Below, piece after piece: positions 51,620-62,606 of a DNA stretch of 64,000 bases. Numbering within the stretch: position 1 is the stretch's first letter; every line of letters begins with the position of its first letter. Below the pieces are notes generated by a model. The model saw nothing but the letters and a program-made list of their open reading frames with translations. It searched no databases and was not told the DNA's origin. Source of the DNA: Sminthopsis crassicaudata (lineage: Eukaryota); the NCBI RefSeq assembly GCF_048593235.1, contig NC_133617.1, forward strand, positions 551,904,958 through 551,968,957, given 5' to 3'. A program made the position numbers and the translations under genes.

Positions 51620-52300
51620 ATTCTTTATACTTGAAGAGGACCAAAATGATATCATGATGTTGAGGGCAAGGTACAGGCTATCTAGCTGTGGCTGATTTTA
51701 TCAATATGAGTTTAGAAGACTCTCCCACAGTTTGGGCACAAATATTCTGTATGACCTTTGGGAGGTAGATGTGTCTAAATTTGCACATCCCACATTTCTT
51801 TTGAACTATTGCAATTCTACTTTGCTCATAGAGTATAGTGCCTTTCTTGATATAGGCACTTTAAGTGGGATGATCCCATGCCAGGTTTTCACTATTTCAT
51901 AATTGATACCAAAGTTCTTCAGAGACTCCTTGAAAGTGCTTTGTATCACTTCTTCTGAGCACTGTATGATTTAGTTCTTGTTTGAGTTCTCTGAGAAATG
52001 GTATTTTAGGCAAGCATACGTTTGGCATTTGAACAACATGGCCAGCCCATCAGAATTGTGCTCTCTTCAGTAGTTTGAATGTTTGCAATTAAGCTTTAGG
52101 AATGATCTCATTGTCTGGCACCTTATCTTGCTAGATGATTTTTAGAATCTTCCTAAGACAATTTGAATGGAAGGTGACAATTTTTCTGGCATAGTGCTAA
52201 ATTGGTAGATTGTCCAGATTTCACAGGCATATAACAATGTGCTCAGCACATTGACTCCATAGATCTTCAGTTTGGTAGTCAGTCTACTATCTCTTCTCTT
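51620..52300 (-). mobile_element. RTE-clade LINE 3' fragment
   Basis: Reverse-complement RTE 3' end ttgaagaggaccaaaatga and RT C-terminal segment (aacatggccagcccat = WAGHV on the minus strand). Confidence 0.8.
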
Positions 52301-52309
52301 CCGCACTTC

Positions 52310-53470
52310 CTTTTGTGTGATTTTTATTTATTCTTTCTTTTAAAAAAATTAATATTTTATTTCCCCCAATTACATGTAAAAAAAACTTTTAGAATTCATT
52401 TTAAAAAATCTCAAGTTCCAAATTCTCTCCTTTCCTCCTTCCTCTACCTCCCCATTGTGAAGGCAAGCAATCTGAGAAAGGTTTTACATGTTCAGTCATA
52501 TAAAGCACATTTCCATGTTAGCCATGTGAAAGAAAACATAGACAAAAAACCCAAGAAAAATAAAGCAAAGAAAAAGTATGCTTTGATTTGTATTCAGAAT
52601 CTATTAGTTCTCTCTCTGGAGATGAACAGTATTATGCTTTATAAGTTCTTCAGAAATATTTTGAATCATTCTAGTGTTGAGAACAGCTGATTCATTCACA
52701 TTTCTCTAATCAATCCAATCAAAATCTCCAATTTTACATATGACTATAGGTAGCTATGATTACTTTAGCTGAAAACTTTTCTTTTGATGTTTTATCAATT
52801 GGAAAATTGCTTTTATTTTTATAAATTTGAATTAGTTTTCTATATGATTGAGAAATAAGGCTTTTGCCAAAGAAACTTGTTTCAATTTTTTCTCCATAAT
52901 TATTTTGTATAACTATTTCCTCCTTGTTTTTCTATTCTCTCTGTCTCTTTTCATCTTGTCCCTCCTCAAAAGATTTTTACTTCTGACTACTCCCTTCCAC
53001 AATTTGGCTTTCCTTCTAACACTCTCAAATCTTATTCTTTTCCCTTCCTTCTTTGCTATAGGGTAAGATATATTTATATACTCAAATGAGTTTATATGTT
53101 ATTCAGTCTTTGAGCTAATTCAGTTGAGAATAAGGTTCACTCACATCCTTTACTTTTCTCCTCTTCCCCTCCTTTGTGAAAACTGTTCTGTCTCTTTTTT
53201 ATATAATTTATCCCATTCTATCTCTCCCTTTCCCTTTCTCCCAGTACATATCTTTCTTAGCTCTAAAATTTATCTTTTTAGATAGTATAACTTTATATTC
53301 AATACCTATGCCCTCTGTCTATATTTATAATCTTTCTAACTTCCCTAATATGAAAGAAATGTTATGAGTTACAAGTATCATCTTCCCATGGAGGTATGCA
53401 AACAGTCTAACCTCTTTTTGGATGCAGATGGCTCTCTCCATCACAAGTCTATTAGAATTAGACAGGAATT
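52310..53470 (-). mobile_element. L1 3'UTR fragments
   Basis: ttttatttcccccaattacatgtaaaaaaa...ttaagttccaaattctctcc. Confidence 0.75.
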
Positions 53471-55120
53471 ATTTTTAATATTTATTCTTATTATATCATT
53501 TGAGTTTAAAAGACACTTGAGTTTATTGGTTAATTGTTGATAGGAAAAACACTGGTGGAAGCTCATAAATTATAGCCTTCAAGAACTGAGTTTTATCTCT
53601 ATATCACAATGAAATGGGAGGATATTAAAATCTCTAAAATCTTGAGTAGTGACACCAGAGGAAAGAAAGAAAATCCTGCATTCCCAGTGTTCTTTGATGC
53701 ATGTCTCCATAGGTGAAACAGAGTGATTTTCTGTATCAATAGCTTGGATAAGGGTGAACAAGCTTCAGTCTTTCCAGGACAATATCACAATTTGTCCAGC
53801 CTCTCATACTGCAAATACATCTTTGCACAGTATGAGTATTATATGCTTCATTATTATATCAGAAATATTTTGCTAGGAGACAAAGGAGATAGAAAGCCCA
53901 GAAAAACTTGTAGAACAAACCACATGTCATAAACATGCCATTAATAATGGCTAGAATGCAAAGCTAATTGAGTTTTGAAGACATGGTTCTTACATTTTAT
54001 ATTAGTGTGTAAAACTTAGTGATGCTTGCCAACTGAATAGTTCTATTATAAAGCTTCATAAGCACACATTAAAGATTAAAAAATGCCTTTCCACTGGTTC
54101 ATCAGGAGAAGTAGCCCCTGGCAAGATAATGATGAAGTCACATATATCAGTGTAGGACCTAGTTCTTCATGATGGCCCTTGAATAGCAGCCAGAAAGGTT
54201 GCTTTGCTGTGTTTTAAAACAGGCAGCACAAGTTAAAACAGAGCATGATGGGAACCTTGCATCTCTGTCAAACTAACTGACAAAATGACCTCCTCAAGTA
54301 AAAAATGGATCTGTAGATTTTTATCATAATCTCAGAAAATTTTCTTTGAGATGCAAAGGTTGACATCCTGCCTGGTTCTACTTCAGTTTCAATGGAAAAC
54401 AGGATACTCAACAGCTATATTTTTACTGACCATAGGGAGAATATTTCTAGCTTGCTTTCTCTCACACCATTTCCTTTCTTTTCTTTACTAATGATAAACT
54501 CTTTTCTTCTTCTTCTTGTTAATTTATGTTCCTACACAATTTATGGTACTGTTCTTTGGAGAGTTACCTTTTTATGCAGAGAAGTGTTTTGACAATCCAA
54601 GGATGACAGATTGGCTCTGGGAGAATTGTGAAGACTTAATTTAATGTCCAGAAGGAGCAGAAACAACCTCACAGACAGAATTTACAGCTATTTGTTTTTT
54701 AGTCTAAAACTTTGGGAGTATGCTTTTTTAAAGAAGCAAAAACTAAAGATTGATTTATCATAATGACCTTTTTCATAACTTGTGTCCTGCTTTAAAAATA
54801 TGAAGCATCCATGTCCTCGTGAAAAAATCTGTTATAAGGGCTTAATTTTTAGGATATATCATAGACAGTTTTTGCCAAGTCCCATAAGTTCTTAACTTAG
54901 GAAGAATTTATTTTAGAAAACATCACATTAGGGGATTTGATCACACCTGACATTTATTTGTTTACAAATATGTATGTGAACATGTCTGTTAGCATACATA
55001 TAGGCATAGACTAACTAGTTAATATTGTCTGAAATACACATAAAGCTGTTATGTGTGTGCATTGCAGGAAACTTAATTTTTTTCTCATGCTTTGCTATTT
55101 AAAACACACATTTTTGTTAG

Positions 55121-55165
55121 CCAAGTTACCCTGATAGCTTATGGTGTCGTTATGAAGAACATTAT
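55121..55165 (+). other. Candidate 45-nt frame-preserving cassette exon
   Basis: T-rich acceptor catgctttgct...tttttgttag, donor TAT/gtaaga. Open in two frames (PSYPDSLWCRYEEHY or QVTLIAYGVVMKNI). Downstream TGCATG motifs. Confidence 0.3.
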
Positions 55166-58069
55166 GTAAGACTTCCAATAGTCAGATGGGGTTCATGAGC
55201 TAGTTTTTATTATATTGGCAAAGAGTATAGAATAGTTTGCAAAACAAAGTGTCATATTGGCATGTATAAAGTGCATAAGTAGAATTATGGTATTAATGCT
55301 GATTCTGGTGAAATTACTAACCAGGCAAGTTCTAGAATAATTAGACAAATAGTATTCTACCAAAAAGAGTTATATTTCAGAGGATATGACTTAATCAATG
55401 AAAAATCTAGTCTATATGATGTCATAGTATGTTCTATATTGGGAACACGTTCTCTTGCACATGTTATCAAAGCAGGATTCACAGACTCCTAATGTTTTTC
55501 AACTAACTTTGTAACAGATTATTCTAGTGTTTGTTATGTTTACTGTTAGTCTGAGGTGTTTGTATTTAGGAAATATGCAATCATACATGCATGCATAAAT
55601 GCAAGCACAATACATATATCCAAACATGCATGTAGTTAAAATCACAAAGTAATTGATGCAAATACATCCATGCCAACAATACTCATGTCAAATCAATTAA
55701 ATCTGCCTGGAATGCCAGTATATCATGTCAGATTGAGTCAGTAGATCTAGGCTAGAGAGTCAGTTTTGCTGCTAAATAATTACATGACTTTGGACAAAAA
55801 ATAACTTTCCTAGATAGTTATAATTATCTTTCATATGAAAGGAGTCAAAATAGGTGATTTAGAAAAATCTCTTCTGGAACAAAATATCTACAAATCTGCA
55901 TGTATAAAATTGAGCTATGTTTTATCTCGCCCATTAATAATGCCTAAAGCTAGACTAACTTGCCCAAACAATTTTCTACTTCTTTGACATCCAAGTGATA
56001 CCTTAGTCAATCTTGATATAGTGTTTGTAAATGATTATCTAAAACTGGCCAAAGAAAGTATTAACATACTGACAAAACTTCTATCCTTCCTTAAGGTAGA
56101 GAATGCCGAAGATGAGGAAAATATATTTTTCTTAGTTTTATATTCAAAGCTACCTCACTGAAAAGAAATCATGGGTATCACAGGGAAAGGGAATTGTATC
56201 TGAATTTGAAAACAGAAAGACCTGAGTTGAAATCCTGAAATATCTATTAGCTTTGTTATCCTGGACAGGCTACTTAAACTCTCTGTGCTTCAAGTTTTAA
56301 AAGCTTGATAATAAAAATAAACAATTTTGTGAATATAATAATAGTTATTATTATTATTATAGCAGCTGCCTCAGTATCAAATGAGATATGTAAACCTTAT
56401 AAGTATTATATAACTGTAAGTTATTTTCTTCAATTATCTGTGCATCATAACTTTCTACCTTTAATTGGTCAAGTATTGTGTAACTCTATAGCTATAAAAT
56501 GGGAATTTAAGTTTCTGGAATGGAAATGGAAAGAAAAGAGACTCAGGTCACTAAATAAACCTAAAGGATACCAGTAAGTTTGAAAGTTTTGGTAGGAGAT
56601 ACAATCCTATAAGGCTAAAATAATCTTAAAATCCCCAGAACAGAGGAATGATGGTCATGAAACCATGGCAACTGAATAGCAATCCATAAAGAGTTTGGGG
56701 ACTTTCTATAAATTCAGGACAGTAACTCCAGGAATAAAATGGTTACATGGTAGACAATATTAGAAACAGAAATGAATTTGAAGAGCCAGATTTTTTTTTG
56801 GTGAGACAATAATTTCTTCATTTTTTCTTGGTCTGATTTGAATCTCATTTATTTAGTTTTTTTTTTTTAATTCATGCTATAATAGCACTAGAAAGAATCT
56901 TTTCATTTTATAAGTAAACTGACACTTAGAAAAAACTTTCTAAGATCAATATTATGTGTGATATCTATATATACAATACTCATGCTATTATATATGTTCA
57001 TATATAGTGTTATATATAACATATATGTAATACAATATAATATGTAGTATAATATAATTAGTAGAATAGCATAGCCCAAAATAATATAACATAAATGTAA
57101 TAAAGTCAAACTAGGACTCAAACTCAGATCTCCTAACTCCTAGGTTAGTTGTTTTTTTTTTTTTTTTCATTCCCCCTCTATTGTGATACCATTCTTGGTA
57201 AATTCATTCCTTTTTTACTCTACTACTTTTCCTCATCCCCCACTTTTCTCTGACTCATTGAGTCCTCATGCTGTCTTTCTTGTGAGTAATTTATTATTCT
57301 CCACTTTTCCTCATGCTTCAACCATTTATGACTTACTGAATCTCTTCATGCTGAGCCCAATTGCTGTACCAATGGACTATGACAGGACCACCAGAAACAA
57401 AGAAGTATGAATACATGATTCACAGGTAGCCTAGTATAGTTTGTGGATAAAGTAGCACCAAAAATGGTACAGCATAGCATAGGCCCTGTGACTATAATTC
57501 TAAGATGACCTGATGATACCCAGGATGGAAAAGTAAAGGATGGATATAACTTGGTCATGCCATAATAAGAACCTTGTATTATACCAGATGGTACTGTGAA
57601 TAGTGCCTGGTTCTAGTTAGCTTTGGTCCTTTCTCATAGGATACTAAATATCTACATTTGTCTCTTAGATTTTAACTGGGAATGAGTACATACAGTTATT
57701 TAAATAACAGGCATGTATGAAATATGGCTTGGGTGATATACCCTATACTCTTGGAGGAAGCGTTTTCATTAGCCTTTACCTTTCTCTTCAAGGCAGTGGG
57801 AATATTTAGTCCCCTAAAGTGTGGCTGCATTTCTGGCCTATGCTCTAGGAATGCATATGGAAAAACAACATTCTTCTTTGTAAAGATAATCGAACATATT
57901 ATCAGGAGTCATTGTTTATTGTTTCTATCCCTGAAAATGGCAAATACCTCTGATATTGTGGCTTTCTAGGTTTCTGAGTCCACATCCACAAAATAGAAAA
58001 GTTCATTATTACTAGTTAATATTGGCTGAGTGTACCTGGGATTCACAGTTAGGTACTAGATTCAATAAT

Positions 58070-58950
58070 ATCAGATACTGAAATGGATCTGCCATCTCAC
58101 AAATTCTGGTATTTCAATTTCCTGCAATGAGGTTTATCACAATTTCTCCATGTCTACCAGTCCATGTTCTCCCAAAATTTACCACAAGAAGTCCACTTGA
58201 CATGCTAGAGTTCTTTCCTGCTCTCTCTCAGTTCAATGCAACGGGACCAGTGGAATCTCTGGTTGTCTTTCCTTACTTTCACCATATGACCAGCCTATCT
58301 TTTCTTTTCTGGCACACAATTTATTGATTATATACTTTATTTCTGTTTTTCTTTGGATTTCTTCATTAGCTATATGTTGTAGCCTTTTTACACTCACCAT
58401 AATATTTTTCATTGCCTTATATGTCCAGTTCCTCTTCAGAGTTCTTCAGAGGCAATGCTGTTTTAGGTCTCATTGTCAAGCAATAACATCTGAAAATGTT
58501 AGTACTAAAAAGATGGGCCTTTGCTAGTAGGGAAATTAGGGACCAATAAAAGTATTTTTCAATTTTTCTGAAAGCAATTCATTCTCTATATTTTTTTAAA
58601 TTTTAGTTACCTAAAATTAAATCTCATTTGTATTATCTGAATACAATATTCGTATAGATATTGTTGGACAAATCTGTACTGTGAAATTCAGATGAATGTT
58701 AAAATCTGAGCAATTAACATCCTTCATCCATTTGGTCTTTCCTGTAGAGATTGACAGGTTAAACTTCTTTGAGTGATTATTCAATTCTTTCAGAAGACTG
58801 CAGTTTCTTAGGGGCTTGATGCCATTCATACACAATGTTATCCACAAACATGATTATCTGGAAGACTTTATCATCCACAGAGAATTCTTCCTTGATGTAT
58901 ATTCTCTGATGTATTTTCTTCATCACAGTGGTGAAGACTTATGAGAAAAC
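58070..58950 (-). mobile_element. RTE-clade LINE RT/3' remnant
   Basis: ORF 58617-58847 contains LLKELNNHSKKFNLSISTGKTKWMK, typical of RTE RT domain 6-7, followed by an RTE-like 3' end. Confidence 0.8.
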
Positions 58951-59306
58951 ATCTTACTGTTTTATGCCTTAATTGATACTTATCATTAGAGATTCATTGA
59001 ACAAGCTTTGTTAGAGCTTCCAAAAAAGGGTACTAGTATATGGAGAAGGAATCATCTTGTTTTTAAAGAACTTTCAGGGTGACATTTTGTAAATTTTTTC
59101 TACTGAGTCAAATACTTCTTCATAACAAACACAAGTTTAAAAATTGTTGCATAAATAAATGTGCTGTACCTCAGAGCAAAAAGGAAACAAATAGGGAAGA
59201 GGAGAATCAAATTTTGTATTGTTTCTCTGATAAGGTGTAATTTCCAAGCTAGATGAATAACCAATACAAATATATGAGATTAAGAGCTTTTCAGTACTTG
59301 ATAAAA

Positions 59307-59441
59307 TTTTTTTTCTCAGGCAATTGGGGTTAAATGATTTACCCAGGGACACCAGCTAATAAAGATCTGAGGTTGGATTTGAATTTAGGTACTTTTAATT
59401 CTGGGCTGGTATTCTATCCATTGTATCACCTAGCTGGCCCT
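59307..59441 (-). mobile_element. Older WSINE1-type SINE with TSD
   Basis: TSD gtacttga(t/g)aaa at 59294 and 59443. Confidence 0.85.
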
Positions 59442-59449
59442 GGTACTTG

Positions 59450-60240
59450 AGAAATTTTTAAAAAATGAACAAAGAATATGAATAGGCAGTTCTTAAGGAA
59501 ATAAATCAAGCTATCTATAGCCATATAAAAACACTCCAAATTATTAATAATTAAAAAGGACAAGTCAAAGAAATTCTCAGATTTTTACTTTGCACTCATT
59601 AGATTGGCTAAATTCACAAAAAAATAAACAATTGCAAATGTTGGAGGACAGGCAGGAAAAAAATAAATTAGTGCACTATTGGTGTGGCTATGAATTGGCA
59701 AAGCAGTTATAGAAAGCAAATTGTAACTATGCCTCAAAAATTATTAAACTAAGCATGCCCATCAATAAGCACTTAGGAATATCATTATTAGACCTATTCA
59801 CCAAAATTAAAAAAGAAAAAAAGAATTAACTCTTATATTACAAAAATATTTATAACAGCTCTCTTTGTAGTGGCAAAAAATGGAAACTAAAGGATCTGCT
59901 TCAGTTGGGGACTGACTGAATATATGAATAAGTAAAAACTCTGGAACAGTTTATTTTATGATCATAGTAAAAATGAGGAATTCTGAAAAACTTAAGAACT
60001 CTGATCAATGCCTTGCCTGACCATAATTCCAGAATACCAATGATAAAGAATGCTATCTACCTCCTAAATTTGAGATGACAGGTTAATATGCAGAATGCAA
60101 GAAACATTTTTATACATGTGGAAATTGCTTATTAATTATAAGGTTTTGTTGTTGCTATTGTTTTTCTTTTCTTTTTTTACTTAGTGGGTCAGGAAAAAGA
60201 GAAGAGAAATAAATACTTGTTAATTCGGAAAAATTAATAA
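59450..60240 (+). mobile_element. Old L1 ORF2 C-terminus/3'UTR
   Basis: cattagattggctaaatt; ctctttgtagtggcaaaaaatggaaactaaagg. Confidence 0.75.
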
Positions 60241-61654
60241 AAGCATAATCAACTAATAATAATCATATTTTTGTCAGTTGTAAAATAATAAAGATATGGC
60301 CCATTGTTGAATATGATTTGTGAAAATTTGCTTGTTTCTTATGGCATTCTCATAAAAAATATCCTAAGTTCATGTTTAGATGGGCCCCATAATTTTTTAA
60401 TAGATTAGATAGTAGGCTTATTTGCCTGCAATTGATATTTTATAATCAACTTTCTTGGAAATCAATAAAGTCTAAGCTTTTTTTTTTTTTTTTTTTTTAC
60501 ACATTTTGTATCCACTCCTCCTTTGCTAACCTTTTAAATCAAATCCTCAATATACAATAAATACTGATAATTAATATTTATATAGAAATTTAAGAGTTGT
60601 AAAGTACTTTATAAATGTATCTTATATATACATTATATACTCATACAAATGCAATAAAATAATTACATATAATATGTATAAAATGCACATATATATACGT
60701 GTATGTATTTTTGTGTATGTATATACACATATGTATGCACATGCAAAATCTCATTGATTGATAGGCTTTCTGAAATTTAAATATGGCCACAATGTTCAAG
60801 GAACTTATTAAATAGGAGAGACAAAATAGGTAAGTATAGGCCTATTAATAATTAAAGAAAATATGCTTATAGCCTCTGGCATGCTTTGTGAACACATTTT
60901 TCTCTTTCAAGTGCAGGCCATGGTAAGATGCAGGTTGGGAATGAATGTGTCTCTAAGGGCTAGAGGATGTGCTGTTTGTTTAAAGGTTTGCCCAAATGAA
61001 CTTTTGGACAGCCCTCTTAACATACTGGGAGCATCTGGCTCATTAAACAAGGGTCTTCCCCCCCCCACACACTTATTTTCCATTTCCCATCATAGCCAAG
61101 CTGTCCCTTGATAGGAATGAACAAAATATGTGCCAAGTACCAAGTGCTGCCACTTGCCTTGGCTTGCCTCCAATGTGAGAAAGATGGGATTCTGTATGTA
61201 TAACTGAAAACTTCATGCTCTATTCTTTTGTGAAGGGATTTAGATAACTTGGATAAGTGAGGGTTGAGTTTTTCTGGAGTGGGAAGGGAGAAAAGGGGGA
61301 TGGAGATGTTAAGTGAAAAGGAAAGGACTTCAAATTTAGATTTTTATAATTAGCCTGGAGTCTATTAGGAGAAAGACTATTTTCTTAGGGTTCTCAGAAG
61401 TGGGGAATAGAGTATTAATAAATGCAATTCAAACTAACAAGCACTAAACAAACAAACAAACAAATAAATAAATAAATGCAATTCAAACTAACAAGCTTCC
61501 TGTATATCAGATTCTGTGCTGGGTATTGAGGCTACAAAGGTAAAAATGAAACAATACTGTCTTCAAGGAATTACATTCAACTGAGGAAAATGTGATCACC
61601 GAGAGTTAAGTGCAAAATAGGCTCAAAGTAATTCAAAATTACTTTCAACAGGGC

Positions 61655-61900
61655 AGTTATGTGGTATACTGTATTGATAGAGCTAGGCTTGGAGTCAAGA
61701 AGACTCTCTTTCCTTGGTTCAAATCCAGATTCTTAGTAGCTGTATGAGTTTGGGCAAGTGATTTACTCTTTTTGTCTCAGTTTCTTCATCTGTAAGATGA
61801 GGTGGAGAAGGAAATGGCAACCACTCCATTATCCTTGCCAAGAAAATCCCAGATGGGGTCACAAAGAGTCATACAGGACTGAGCAAACTGAATAACAAAA
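61655..61900 (+). mobile_element. Mar1-type SINE within L2 remnants
   Basis: ggagaaggaaatggcaaccactccattatccttgccaagaaaatccc tail. Confidence 0.82.
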
Positions 61901-62069
61901 ATTTAATTAAAGTAGAAGAGTCAGCACTAACAAGAGAAATCAGGAAAGGTACCTTCTAGGAGATAAATTATTGCTCATGTCTAGGTCTTTCTAAGCAGGG
62001 AGAGTAAGAAGAATTCAATTCAGAAAGACAGGGAGATAAAGGATTGGTTAAGCACTTAGTATATTCTAG

Positions 62070-62583
62070 TGTTATGCCACAGTTCTCTTTTATTGTCCTG
62101 CCTCAGTTTCCCTAATTGTTCTGCCTCAGTTATAATTGTTCTGCTCAATCCTGCAAAACATCCCCTCCCTCTTTATCAAACTATTTGATTAGGATAAAAG
62201 ATCTTATGTTTTAGAATATCAGAATTCCTCTCCCCATCCCAAGCTATTGCAATGTCTTATCAAGATGCCCCTCCCCATGTCCGGGGTGCCTTCCCCTGAT
62301 TATTTCATCTCATCTCTGGAGGCTCACCTCACCTTGTCAGAGTCCCATTCCCACTCTCAACACCCTGACTCCACCCCTGCCTCAGTCTACCCACCCTGAG
62401 TCTGAACCACATGTATATAGGTCATGAGAACTTACATTGTTTGCTGGATTCTTAGAGACTATAGTTTCATTAAGTTATGGGACCAAATCATGGATCCATT
62501 TGGTTTCAGTAAAATTTTCCCTTTCAAATAAATTATTAAATACTCTCTAATCTCTATCTTGCCCCAGTTTCTCCAGCATTACA
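62070..62583 (+). mobile_element. 5' LTR of an ERV provirus
   Basis: TG...CA ends (tgttat...attaca), TATA-like gtatatag near 62413, AATAAA at 62527-62532, immediately followed by a PBS. Confidence 0.88.
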
Positions 62584-62586
62584 TTT

Positions 62587-62606
62587 TGGAGGCTTCCCAC
62601 CGAGAT
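62587..62606 (+). promoter_or_regulatory. Primer-binding site, tRNA-Thr-like
   Basis: TGGAGGCTTCCCACCGAGAT 3 nt after the LTR end, resembling the tRNA-Thr PBS TGGAGGCCCCAGCGAGA of class I ERVs. Confidence 0.7.

Noticed and set aside
58617-58847. 76-aa ORF as a host gene
   Set aside because: It is an RTE reverse-transcriptase remnant
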